From a virus: a stretch of DNA of 64,000 nucleotides. A model generated the notes under the pieces. That model was given only the letters and a program-made list of their open reading frames with translations, made no database searches and was not told the origin of the DNA. Position 1 is the stretch's first letter. Every line of letters starts with the position of its first letter. This document shows positions 1 through 12,300 of the stretch, piece after piece. Location: positions 1-64,000 of IMG/VR virus record IMGVR_UViG_2716884766_000001; one strand, given 5' to 3'. The translations under genes and the position numbers were made by a program.

Positions 1-539
1 ACTTCATGCTTCACACCACGTGGTGTACAAAACTCTCTCTTCAACCAGTTAGCAAACTTAACTGCGTCTAGATGATACCCAACATTTTTCTTTCCTGAGA
101 ATGATTCAAAGTCACTAATGGCAACTTTATTCTCTTTAATAATTCTCCAGTAAGGTGTCATCCATTCAGCAAACGATACCTCTGGATTACCATTGGTTGC
201 TCTGTAATGGAAGAACCAATCTAATATATCAGCATTGGCATTAGCAGGAGCAGCCCCATCATAGAAAGGATAATGGAAGTCTCCATACTCGCTAAAGTTT
301 TTAAAACATACGCTATACTTATATGTGGCTTCACACTCATCCATCCAGTTATCTGGGATGTTCATCTCAAGTGTCCAGTCACGAAAAAATTGAGTGGTTG
401 ATTCACCCACACCAATAGTAGGGATATCATCCGACTCAATTAGAGTAATCTTCTTTTTTGGAAATGATTTAATCAGAGTAGCAGCGGTCATCCATCCTGC
501 GGTACCGCCACCGACTATACAAATTGATTCAATTTTCAT
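1..539 (-). CDS. Tryptophan halogenase (PrnA-like flavin-dependent halogenase), runs off the left window edge
   Basis: Not in the ORF track. Manual translation from ATG at 539 gives MKIESICIVGGGTAGWMTAATL...ITLIESDDIPTIGVGESTT...ATYKYSVCFKNF...GYHLDAVKFANWL, i.e. the GGGTAGW FAD motif, IGVGEST and YHLDA motifs of the Trp halogenase family. Confidence 0.9.
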   Translation of the reverse strand, partial: MKIESICIVGGGTAGWMTAATLIKSFPKKKITLIESDDIPTIGVGESTTQFFRDWTLEMNIPDNWMDECEATYKYSVCFKNFSEYGDFHYPFYDGAAPANANADILDWFFHYRATNGNPEVSFAEWMTPYWRIIKENKVAISDFESFSGKKNVGYHLDAVKFANWLKREFCTPRGVKHE

Positions 540-548
540 AATGTAGGT

Positions 549-1067
549 TTATGTTCCCTTGTATACAGGTCTATTAGTTGTTGGATCTAATTCCCAACCA
601 GGTTCGTAAACAGTTTCGTTCTTGAACTTAGTTAGTTTCTGTCTCTTCTCAGCAGGAAGACTATTCCAAGCGGGTGCGTCTTCAGTACCCATCTCAAATT
701 CTTTCTTCCCTGCGTAGAACGTTGCATCCGCATCCGCAGCGTCCTGATTTACAATGCTTGTTTTTACAGCAGTTACGTGATCTTTCCATGTGGTAGTACC
801 ATTCATTTGATCCCAATACATCATATCGAGTTGCTCCTCGATTTGACCATATTCTACTTTTCTTTTCATCTGTTGGTTTCTTTCCAGTCTATCAGCACTG
901 TCAAAAAACTCACCATTATATAAGACCCACATGTTAGTGACGTTATCATCGTCACATGTGATCCATCTTAAAGGAGAATCATCTCCTTGATATACCTCGA
1001 ACTCTTCACCAGGCTCAACCACATCGGTGATGAATCCACGATAGTCTACTAAACAACTTTTAGCCAT
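549..1067 (-). CDS. Hypothetical protein, possible tail-fibre assembly/accessory protein
   Basis: 172 aa; YGQIEEQLDMMYWD...WKDHVTAVK motif resembles small proteins that follow fibre genes in marine phages; preceded by a late-promoter-like CTAAATA. Confidence 0.6.
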   Translation of the reverse strand: MAKSCLVDYRGFITDVVEPGEEFEVYQGDDSPLRWITCDDDNVTNMWVLYNGEFFDSADRLERNQQMKRKVEYGQIEEQLDMMYWDQMNGTTTWKDHVTAVKTSIVNQDAADADATFYAGKKEFEMGTEDAPAWNSLPAEKRQKLTKFKNETVYEPGWELDPTTNRPVYKGT

Positions 1068-1089
1068 GTTTCTATTGAATCCGTAATTC

Positions 1090-1096
1090 TATTTAG
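1090..1096 (-). promoter_or_regulatory. T4-like late promoter (CTAAATA) overlapping the upstream stop codon
   Basis: Plus strand TATTTAG at 1090-1096, about 23 nt upstream of the ATG at 1067. Confidence 0.55.
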
Positions 1097-1848
1097 ACAA
1101 ACTCTAAAACTATAATCGCACCAGACATACCGTTAGCACCCTGATAAGAACGCTGATATCCTGATGTACCACCCGCACCGCGAGCAGCTTTTAATTGAGA
1201 ACTCCTTGCTCCCTGTGCCCATTGTCCGTGAGCACTACATGTACCACTACCAAAGTATGATCCACCACCATGTCCTAGGTAGTTCATGTGACCAATGCCA
1301 CCACCACCATAGATGTTAAGGTTACCACCTGATCCAAGACCAGATAGTCCTCCACAATGTTGATAACTTTGATTAGCACCTAGTCCACCACTAGCGGAAA
1401 GATAATTTCCGAATGATGAGGTACCTCCCCCGCCACCATTTCCAGAGTAGTATGTACCACTCGTAGAACCGTTACCTATTGTACAGTATACACTAGAAAT
1501 ACCTCGAACGTCAATAACTTCTTCAGCATATCCAGCCGCACCGCCTGATTCAGCATGTCCTGATCCACCGCCACCGCCACCTGTGACGCGAACGATGATT
1601 CTGTTTATACCATCAGGTCTAGTCCAAGTACTACTGGTATAAAATGTTTGAATACTTGCTGGACCTATATTTCTAAAGATTGCCTCACTGTTATTACTGA
1701 CTAGATACTTACCTTCCTGATCAGTAGGATCGGGAGGTATAGAAGAACTATTCAATATGGTACCACCCAAGGATAGATTATATCCACTGGGTATTAATAT
1801 ATTTTGACCCGATGCTGCGTCGAGTTCATTTGTGTAAACGTTTGACAT
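1093..1848 (-). CDS. Glycine-rich domain protein, paralogue 3 (putative fibre-tip/adhesin)
   Basis: 251 aa; TWTRPDG...VRVTGGGGGG...GGTSSFG...G.IIVLEF pattern of phage Gly-rich domains; clearly homologous to the two neighbouring ORFs. Confidence 0.75.
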   Translation of the reverse strand: MSNVYTNELDAASGQNILIPSGYNLSLGGTILNSSSIPPDPTDQEGKYLVSNNSEAIFRNIGPASIQTFYTSSTWTRPDGINRIIVRVTGGGGGGSGHAESGGAAGYAEEVIDVRGISSVYCTIGNGSTSGTYYSGNGGGGGTSSFGNYLSASGGLGANQSYQHCGGLSGLGSGGNLNIYGGGGIGHMNYLGHGGGSYFGSGTCSAHGQWAQGARSSQLKAARGAGGTSGYQRSYQGANGMSGAIIVLEFV

Positions 1849-1850
1849 AG

Positions 1851-2612
1851 TTATCTAAAGTTCCAGACACATACAACACCCGCCATACCACGAGCACCTC
1901 TACGAGATGTATGATATCCAGGTGACCCACCGCTACCTTTAGCGGCTCTGTATTGGTGATTATAGGCATAATGACCACCACGAGGATGTCCTGTTGATCC
2001 TGCTCCTCCAAAGAAGGAACCTCCACCAGGATTACCAGACCAGTATTCGTGACCTGATCCTCCTCCACCATATATATTCAACTGACCACCAGACCCTACG
2101 CCAGGTAGTCCTCCACAGTGCTGATAGTTACGGTTGGCACCGTTACCACCAGAGGCAGATAGGTAGTTACCGAATGATGATGAACCACCATTAGCAGCAC
2201 CACCAGAGTAGTATGTACCACCCCATGATCCAGGCTGTCCTATAGTAACAGATATAGATGATACACCTGTTACATCAATAATTTCTTCTGCATATCCTCC
2301 TGCTCCTCCTGCTTCTCCAACACCTGATCCTGCTCCCCCTGCACCGCAGATTCTAACAAGAATTCTTTTTACTCCACTAGGTCTTGACCATGTACCATTA
2401 GATGTCCATACAGACATAGACACAGCACCATGATCTTCCCAGTTACGAGCTGATCCATTACTTACAAGGATTTTACCATTCTGCCCACTAGGAGATGGCA
2501 TGACACTACTAGAGTCTAGGTTTTTACTTCCTAATCTCAGTGTATATCCTGATTGAATTGTTACGTTTGACCCTGATTGAGGTCTCAGTTCATTTACTTT
2601 TAGTATACTCAT
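1851..2612 (-). CDS. Glycine-rich domain protein, paralogue 2 (putative fibre-tip/adhesin)
   Basis: 253 aa; shares YYSG, SSFGNYLSASGG, YQHCGG and GHPRGG motifs with its neighbours. Confidence 0.75.
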   Translation of the reverse strand: MSILKVNELRPQSGSNVTIQSGYTLRLGSKNLDSSSVMPSPSGQNGKILVSNGSARNWEDHGAVSMSVWTSNGTWSRPSGVKRILVRICGAGGAGSGVGEAGGAGGYAEEIIDVTGVSSISVTIGQPGSWGGTYYSGGAANGGSSSFGNYLSASGGNGANRNYQHCGGLPGVGSGGQLNIYGGGGSGHEYWSGNPGGGSFFGGAGSTGHPRGGHYAYNHQYRAAKGSGGSPGYHTSRRGARGMAGVVCVWNFR

Positions 2613-3364
2613 TATTTAAACTCCCAGACTACAACCATACCGTGTTTGCCTTCAGGTCCTAAGTAGGATCCAAACCATCCGTTTGCTCCACCTGAGCCAG
2701 GTGCTGAACGAGCTTGATGGTTTCTAGAATAGTCTCCACCTCTAGGATGACCTCTGGCAGCACACCCACCGAAGAAACTATATCCTCCTGTTCCATTATA
2801 TCTTCCATGACAGCTTCCACCGCCACCGTACATATTAACATCACCACCAGCTCCAACTCCAGGAACTCCTCCTGAGTGTTGATAAGTTTGGTTTGCCCCA
2901 TCTCCACCAGTTGCTGACATGAATGAACCAAAGGATGATGAAGAACCCGCACCTGATCTACCAGAGTAGTAAGTTCCTGTACCACCAGTTCCAATAACAA
3001 CTGATATTGTAGCTGTACCAGTAACATTTAATATCTTCTCCGAAAATCCACCAGCTCCACCTGATTCACCATGTCCAGATGAACCGCCTCCTGCGGCTAC
3101 CAGACGTACCATAATCTGATTAACACCAGATGTTTTAGTATATGTACCTGATGATGTAAATACCTGCATCCCATTAGCACCATAGGTATTGTAAACGATA
3201 GATTCACCATCGCTACCTACTGCTTTATTAGTCTGTCCTGATGCTGAAGGCAAAACAGAGTTCTCACTAATAGTCTTCCCACCCAACGATAATTTTGTCG
3301 TGGAAGGGATTGTTATAACTGAACCTGAATATGCTCTCAGGTTATTAACATAAAGTCTTGACAT
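2612..3364 (-). CDS. Glycine-rich domain protein, paralogue 1 (putative fibre-tip/adhesin)
   Basis: 250 aa; same motifs; its start abuts the stop of the 4471-aa gene and its stop overlaps the next start (TAATG). Confidence 0.75.
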   Translation of the reverse strand: MSRLYVNNLRAYSGSVITIPSTTKLSLGGKTISENSVLPSASGQTNKAVGSDGESIVYNTYGANGMQVFTSSGTYTKTSGVNQIMVRLVAAGGGSSGHGESGGAGGFSEKILNVTGTATISVVIGTGGTGTYYSGRSGAGSSSSFGSFMSATGGDGANQTYQHSGGVPGVGAGGDVNMYGGGGSCHGRYNGTGGYSFFGGCAARGHPRGGDYSRNHQARSAPGSGGANGWFGSYLGPEGKHGMVVVWEFK

Positions 3365-6300
3365 TTAGATAATTACCCAACTACCGCCATTTGCGATTGA
3401 AATTGTATACCCATTGTTAACTGTTAGAGGACCAGCAGTGAAACATGAGTCTCCATTATTTATAGTGATACTCTCAGAGATAGATTGACGGTTTCTCTTT
3501 ATTATACCATATCTATCAACCCATTGCTTGTCTCCATTAGCACGAAGAACAACGGATCTCTGACCACTTGATACACCCACAGAACTTGAATCAATGTTAA
3601 GACCATTGTCTCCTCTGATCTCCATTCTGTAAGAGTTCTGAGTTGTGTCACTACCTGGTTCATAGAATGTCCATGTACCATAGTCACCATCACATGAAGC
3701 AATACTGTAGTCAGCATTGTTTCTCCAATAATAGTTATCACCACTACTATAGTATGTATGTGAGTCGTTAGCGAAGTAGAATCTTCTCTGACCTTCAGTG
3801 GTTGTGATCCACTCGTTAGTTGTTCTCTTCAAGTATGGAAGATCTAACGCATGGTATCCGTCAACCATATCAGCGTTCAAGTTAGAGTTAACTGTAGTAG
3901 ATGATATGTTGAATGGAGCAGTACCAGTTGAAACACGTGACCGTATTCTTCCGAAGAAGTGTACAGTAGAATCATTATAACGATACTTCATAACACGAGT
4001 ATCAGATCCACCATCTCTTCTGTAGAATGTTATGTCATCACCAGCTTCAGAGTTGAACGCACCAGGTGAGTTATCTCCATTGTAAGCGATACCACCACCA
4101 TAAGATAATGATTGTCCAACGTATAAGTATCCTGTACCTTGGTTATTACCAAATGCTTCAAAACCACACTGATAAGAGTCACCAGCTAATGCTCTAACAT
4201 ATGTGTTACCACTTCTACTTGTAGTACCAAAGGCAGCGTCTCCAGTAGATTGTAATGATATACCAGGATTGCTATCACCGATACCTAAACGTCCATTTCT
4301 GAAGTATACATTGTTGTATGATAGGTAAGAACCATTGTAACCGAATGAGTTACCATCATTACCAAATCTGATATAACCTTGACTTGAACTATTCTTACCT
4401 TTAATGGATAGAACGTTAGTGGTTGCCTTACCTACGGTAATACCATTACCATCACCAAGATTTAAAATTGATGTACCATTGTTAGTAAAGATACCTTGGT
4501 CACCGTGTATATCACTTACAAAGATATCACCAGATGATGTTCTACGTACAAGGTTGTTGCCCGCGTTGCCAGAGCTCTGAGTATAACCATCAACATAGTG
4601 TGCATCAAGTTGTGAGTTAACACCATCGTTACCCGCATGCCACACTGTGTTACTGTTGATAGTAACGCTACTGGACTTGATGTCCATGAGACCGTTACCA
4701 TTAGATGAGTTACCACCTGAGAACTCGAATCTTACATCATAGTTGTTTGATAGACCACCTGATCTTATATCAAAGTATGGTGTAGATACGATTCCTGCTC
4801 TACCCATTTCAAACAGAGCACCCTCAGCAGTATTGCTTAGAGCGAATACTTGTGAAGCACCTGTTGTTAATAGGTTAGATGATGTAACAGTCCACTTAGA
4901 GCCAGGGTTAGGACCGAAGACTCTGATGTCCTTGTTACCATAAGCACCAACGAATGTTATAGAACCAGTAACAACTGTATACTTAGCGTCTACAGTAGTA
5001 TCATTAGTCTCTGTGATACCACCTGGATCAATAGTGATTGTACCTATGTTATTTACAGCAGCATCATCAGCATATAGAGTGTATGTACCACCCGCTGAAA
5101 GGTTACCCGCAGGGTTTGAACCTGTTGCTGCGAAGAAGTTAGGAATGTATAATTGATATTTCTCTCCAGAGGATACAACGTAGAAGTTGTCAGCGACAAA
5201 CTTGTCTCTACCTAATAGAGTTGGTAAAGCTGGATCGCCAAGAACACCTACTGTTCTCTGGTCATGAATGTTATAACCTTGCTGATACCATAGACCTTGC
5301 TGATTATCTAAGAAGTCAGCGTTAGGACCTGGTAGTGTACCACGACGAGGTTCGTTAATGTCAGGAGGACCATCGTTCTCTGAATGCCATATCTTAGCCC
5401 AGTTACCATATACGTTAGATATGTCTGAGTTACCACGTAAGTATAGGTTGTCTGTAGCAGAGAATGATAACTGAGCAACAGAGTTGCCAGTAGCAGATCT
5501 TCTGAATGTTAATGTACCGTTTCTAGTTCCACCCGCGTCAGTTGGAATACCGTTAACGTTGTTAGATCTGAGTGCTAACTGAGCACCAACGTTTGCTGCT
5601 GATACGAGGTTAGCGTTAGCAGATGATGGAGCAGTTGTCTCAGCGAATAGTACGTTAGAGAAGTCAGCAGTACCAGATATGGATATAGCGTATGTGGTAT
5701 TTGCTAGACGTTGTGGATCAATAACACCTTCAACTAGGTTGGAAGCATTCTGATAGAACGCACCTTGGTTACCATCTAGTTTGTCAGCATTAAGTTCTGA
5801 TCCCGCACCTTGGTCGATGGATACTTCACCATTGTCTGTAACTCTGAATCCACCCTCTGTCTGATCACCAAGTGCTTGTTCAGCAACGTTCTTACGGAAC
5901 TTAGCAATACCGTAGTTACCAAAGACTGAACCACCAGCTTGTAATGTTGTTGGTGTAAGTTTGTTTGCCTTCTTAACGTCAATAGATGCGTTACCGAAGA
6001 ATCTAGGTAGAATACCCTTACGTGCGTTTAGTGTTGCTGCCTGTGATGGTGTACCTAGTTCATTTGGAACTGTTAGTACGAAGTCACCGTTATATCCAGT
6101 ACCTGGTGTAACCACAGATACACTGGTTATGACACCGAATGCTTGTGATGATGTTAGTGTTGATACACTGATCTCAACTGGTTGCTGTACTGTACCACCG
6201 AATAGAGGACCATCGAAGGTTAGTGTGTCACCACCTAAGTATCCAGATCCACCATTTAGTATGAGGTCAACTGATAGTGTACCTACACCGTCAGTAGTAA

Positions 6301-9300
6301 ATCTTATTTGAGCACCTAGACCCGCACCAGTTGTTGTAGATGGTGCTACGTCAAAGGTTGAGTTTGCTGTGTATGATTCAGGTGTCTGATTAAGGTTACT
6401 TACAGTAGCGATAATACCACCAGTAGTAACGTCAGCAACTGTGTAAGTAGCACGTGCTACTCCTGAGTCAGAGATAGGTACGTTACCACCCAACATTGGG
6501 ATGTTCTGATATGTACCGTTTGTATATCCTGTTCCTGCGACTGTTATGTCAACCTTCTCAATGTATGATGTGTCAGATAGACTTGACTCAGCAACCATAC
6601 AGTCAGCAGTTGAGAACTTGATAGACTGTATAACGTTCTGGTAAGAACTATCACCTCTTAAGAATGTGAATGAGTTCGCTATACCTGTTTTACCTAAACG
6701 CTCTGGGTCAATAGTACCCGCAACGATGTTAGATGCGTCAATGTTAGTTGATGATAACTGTGTCCAGTTAGCAGCGTCTTTAGCAGATGTGTTAACTGTT
6801 CTAATGACATCAACGATCTTCTTACGTTCGTAGTTACCAGATGTTAGCAGTGCGACTGCTGTTATAACTGTGTACTCGTTAGCGTTAACTGGAGTTACAT
6901 CATAGAAACCTGATGGAGATGAACCAGATGTAAAGTTAAGGTATACGATGTCACCTTGACTAAATCCATGATTGAGTTCTGTGACTGTGATATCGAATGT
7001 ATCATGTACGTATGTACCTGTAGCAACTGTCTGATTTGCTTCGTCTTGTAAGAAGTCAACGTTAGAGTACTTAATATTGTTCGCTAGGTCAACAGCTAAT
7101 CTTGCTTCAACTCTTGCTACATTACCTTGAGAAGTAGCAGTTGTACCACCTGTAGGAGCAGCAGTGAAGGTTACAGTAGGTTGTGTGAAGTATCCAGAAC
7201 CTTTGTTTGTAATTGTTATTGTGGATACTTGTCCGTTAACGATTGTACATGTCGCTGTTGCTTGTGTACCTGAACCGCCAGGTGCTGAGATTGTAATACC
7301 TGGTGGGTTTGTATATCCAGATCCAGTGTCGTCAACTAGAATGTCTCTAACAACACCTTGCTCATATCCTGTAATGATACCTTGAGCACCACTAGCAGAA
7401 CCAATAAGTATGTTGCCAGGTGTATATGTTAATGTTGAGTCAGGTGTGAACGCTACGAACATAGTGTCCAAATCATTCTCAAGAATGTAGGATATAGCAG
7501 CACCTTCAGTACGTAATGTATGAGTACCAGATCCTTGACTTGTTAGATTTCTAGCAGTACCACCTTGAGCATCAGATAGTGATGTAGCAAGTTTGATGTA
7601 GTCTGTGGTGTTAGCACCTACAGAGTGTACGATCACATAGTACTGAGCACCGTCTGCCAAGTTACCAATGTTACCAGTTCCTTGGAAGTAAGTTAGAATA
7701 TCACCTGTTGCTAGTCCGTGACCAGGTATTGTGATGTAGTTGTTAACTGTATCAACTGAAGCTGGTACGAATGTGAATGATGTAGATGTAGTTTCAATAG
7801 CGATGTCACCAGCTGATGCGTCTTCGATTGCTAGTCTCTCTGCTGTAGAAGCTACAGATGTAATATTGAATGGACGTAACGCAGGGATCTGTTCAATGTT
7901 GATCTTACCAGAGGTAGTCAACTGTACCAGAGCAGATGGAACAGCGTTAGTTGAGAATGGCTGGTTTAGGTATGGACCTAGTTTGTTAGTGATGTAATCC
8001 TTAACCGCTGCCTGTGTAGGTAGTAAGGAGTCAGAAGCGAACGCACCACCTAGTTCGTCACTGTCTGAAAATCCAGTGATAGTAATGGATCCACCAACAA
8101 TCTTAATAGATGAAAGTTCAGAGATACTAACAGTACCAACGAAACTAATAGAACCAGTTCTGTTGAAGATAGTAACGAAGTCTCCAACCTTGAAGTCACC
8201 AAACTCGTTAGTACCTGATGTATAAACCTGTCCGAATGATTCTTCAACAGCTTCGTTAGCAGGGATACCAACACCACCGTTTTGTGGTAGTGCTAAGTAT
8301 GTGTCACCCGCACCAACATATTCCCACGTATGTGAGGAAGAGTTACATACAGATGGTCTGTGTAATCTTATAGTCTTACCAACCAGAGTATCTAAGTTAC
8401 CCTGATCATATGATACTTCTGTATTTGTTGCGGTCTCATTTAGAGAAATTCCTAGACCGTCGTTTGTTGTAATATTAGCAGTAACCTGTGTACCGATAGA
8501 ACCAGATAACTTCTCTACACCTAGAATAAAGTATTCTTTAGCAGGGTCAGTATTAGTGTAACCATCAAACTTGATGATGTAATCTTCAATCGGGAAGTTA
8601 GTTAGTGTTGATCCACCAACCTCGATGATCTGACGACCTGTCTGAGCACCATTGTTATCAGTTTGGTTAACAACGTTTGTAACTGTACCTATGTCAAACT
8701 CATAAGCATCCTTTCTAAATCCAGTTGCTTTAAGAGCACGAGTACCGAAGTTAGACGCTGAGTTAGTTAGTGATGCATATCCACCTGACTGTACGATAAC
8801 TCCGTCTCCACCGAAGATAACGAACACAGACACCAACTGAGTATATCCATCGTTAAGAATGTTGTATCCAACACCACCACCGACTGAGATGATCGTGAAT
8901 GCGTTGGCAACCATTGACTTACCCTGTTTAGGGAAGACAGCACGTTCTCTACCGTTAGCATCTTGATAGACACCTGGTCTGGGAACGTTAGGTTCAGCAA
9001 CTTTAGCACCGTCAATCTCAGCACCTGACGCTCCTAAGAAGGAGATCAATGATGCGTTCTGAATATAAGGTGATGCCTCGATGACTGGTAGGTCAAGTAA
9101 GTCACCTAACATAGGAACTATTTTAAGACCACTGTCATCTTTAAGCAGTGTGCTTGGTTCAGTTAAGGTAACGCTACTTAGTGATGTAGGTGTAGCAAGA
9201 GCATTATCTAAAATTGTATGTAATGCTGTTAGAGCATTGATAGCAGCTCCACACTCAGGTTGATTATGATCAACTGTAGATGATGCGTTATGGAATGGTG

Positions 9301-12300
9301 CTATAGATGTAAACTTAGCTTCTGGTAACTGGTTACGTATAGCAAGGACTGCCATGTCCTTTGCCTTCTGGTATACAGCACGTGTTTGAGCAACTTCGTT
9401 GTTAACGTAGTTGATATTTGTTCCGAGAATATATTTGCTTGCGGCTTCAATAGTCTTCTTGTTACCACCATATCTTAAGTCATACATCCATGAACGTAGA
9501 ACATGTCTTACGTCATCAATACATTGATCATCAGATACAGGATATGTTCTAGCGACACCATCAAGATTACCAGGTGTACCTGTAGTACCGATAGCTTGTG
9601 TAATTATACCAGTTAATGTTGTGATAGAAGAAGCAACGTCAGCACAACGGTTAACGTATGATGCTGTTCTGGTTACAGATGATAGACTTCCTGTGTCAAT
9701 CGCAACCTCAACGATATTCATTAAGGTAGTGATAGAAGATATAACCACGTTACAGATTGGTAGACCTGTATCCTGTGTGATAGTTAGATCTTTAACCTGT
9801 GCTATAGATGTATGTCCACCTGTTACTACAGTCTCGTTCTGGAATACTTCGATAGCAACTTTCTGTGCCTCTCGTAAAGCATATATTGAATGATGTTCTT
9901 CACCTTCTAGATGAGCACCAGTAACATACATGTTAGCAGCGTCATAGGTAAAGTCGTTTCCACCCATTGCTAGGTTCCAAGAAACAACCTGTAGAATATC
10001 TACAACGTCATCCTTACAGTCAACGTTAGTACCTGATACTTCAACACCGTTAGAAGTAGCAGAGATGAATCTGTGTGGGAAGTCACCACCACTCTTAACA
10101 ACGACTCTGTTGATACATCCTGTTGTAGCACTTACGAATGTATGTGCTGTGGTGTTAGTAGGTGTAGTTCCTTGTAAAGCATTGAACTCAAATGTGTCAG
10201 CAGTTACACGCTCAATCTTAACAGACTTGTTGAATATAGGATCGCCAGGTCTAGGATAAGCATGGTTAGTTACGTTACTGTCTTGAGCACAAGTGAATAC
10301 GATACTCTCTTGATCTACCTTGATATAGTCTCCTGCGATCAAACCATGACCAACTTTGGTTACTGTCATCCAACCAGTAGTTGAGTTGTAATCAACAGTT
10401 GTAGGAGTTACTCCTGTAGCAGGAACAAAGGTGTGATCAGTTACGTTAGTAGAAGGTGTCTGACTTAGAACATTAAAGTTTAGAGTTGTGTCTTTAACAC
10501 TGATACCATTAGCAGTAGCAGATACGAATGCGTGAGTAGTCTCGTTTGAAGATGTTGCGATACAAACCTCGAATGTATCTTTATTAACAACCTTGACATG
10601 TCTCCACTCATTACTGTCTGGGTCTTTTTGAATGATTCCATTTGCTACAGCAGATACAAATACGTGTGTAGTAGTGTTAGTAGATGGAGTTACATCTAAA
10701 GTCTTAAATGAGAATGTATCGTTACTTACAGCAGTAACAGGAATGAATATGCCACTGATAGGATCAGTTGATCTTGGATATGCGTGTTCAGTTGCGTCAC
10801 CATCTTGTCCACATGTAAATGTGATAGCACCATCTTTAACCTTGATGTACTCACCTTTCTTAATACCGTGACCAGCTACAGTGACTGTTACTACACCAGT
10901 AGCAGTGTTGTAACTAGCATCTGTTGGTGTAAATTTCTTTCTCTCTGCTCTTGGATATGAATGGTTAGTAGCATTGCTGTCATGATCACATGTAAATGTG
11001 ATTGAGTCATCAGCAAACTTAACCATGGAGTCTTCTCTCAATCCATGATCAGCAGACGTAATTGTTATCTTACCTTCTGTTGGTACATATACTGCGTTAG
11101 TTGCTGTTAATGTTGAATCAGTAATAGATGTAATTTCAACAGCAGTATCATATAGTGGGTCTTTCTTGATTGATAGACCATTTGTTGTAGCAGATACAAA
11201 TGTATGAGCAGTTGTGTTGGTTGAAGGAATGTTACCTACACCCAATACCTGTACGTTAAATGTATTAGTAGAAACGTTTGATACAGTTAACCATCTGTCA
11301 TTAGCATAGTCTGTTGCTCTTGGATATGTATGGTTAGTACCATTATTATCCTCCATACAAGTGAATGTTAATGAGTCAGTAGCAAACTTAACCTGATCTC
11401 CATTAGCAAGACCATGGTTAGATGCTGTAACTATCATCACACCTGTAGAACCTTGATAGTTAGCACTCTCAACTGTGTCTGTGTCTACAGCAGATCTTGG
11501 ATAGTATTTGGTTGATACGTTACCATCTTGTGTACATGTGAACCCTATTGAATCAGGAGCAAGTCTCATGTATGTTCCTGCCTTAAAGTTGTTAGTACCA
11601 ATGTTGACAGACATAGCCCCTGTATTTGGGTTATATGCTGCGTCTCTTACATCGTACCCGTCAACAGTTGTAGGTCCTACATTGATGTCAATAGTATTAA
11701 CACTAGCAGATACAACAGGTGACCAACCATTACCATTAGCAGGGTCGGTTGCTCTTGGATATGTGTGAGTGGTATTACCATCATCCATGTCACATGTCCA
11801 AGTCATGCTATCAGTAGCAATCTTAAGATACTTGGAAGTGTCAATACCGTGACTTAAGATAACAGCGTCAGCTAAAGCATTCTGGAATACATGAGTAGAT
11901 GTATCACTAGAAGCACCAACGTTAACTGTAATAGTTGAACCAGATACTGCTGTAATTGCTAGGTCTTGCTCGTAAGCCCTATCTCTCTTCTTCTCTAATC
12001 CATTTGCTACAGCAGATACAAATGTATGTGTTGTAGTGTTTGGTGATATTGCTACGTTAACTTCAAATCCTAATCCTGTAGTGTTAGAAACTTCTAACCA
12101 CTTACCAATAACAGGATCTGTATCACGTGGATATGCGTGACTACCTGTACCAGCTTGACAGTCAAATACGATTGACTCTTCTTTGAATCTGATCCAGTCA
12201 CCATCAGTCAATCCATGACCAGCTGTTGTTGTTACGCTTAGTACACCAGTACCAGGTGTGTATACTGCCCCAGAAATTGTTGAGGTATCAATAGTAGTAC

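Noticed and set aside
1093-3364. Diversity-generating retroelement or invertase shufflon acting on the three Gly-rich paralogues
   Set aside because: No reverse transcriptase or recombinase in the window, no near-identical template/variable repeat pair differing at adenines, and no flanking inverted repeats seen.
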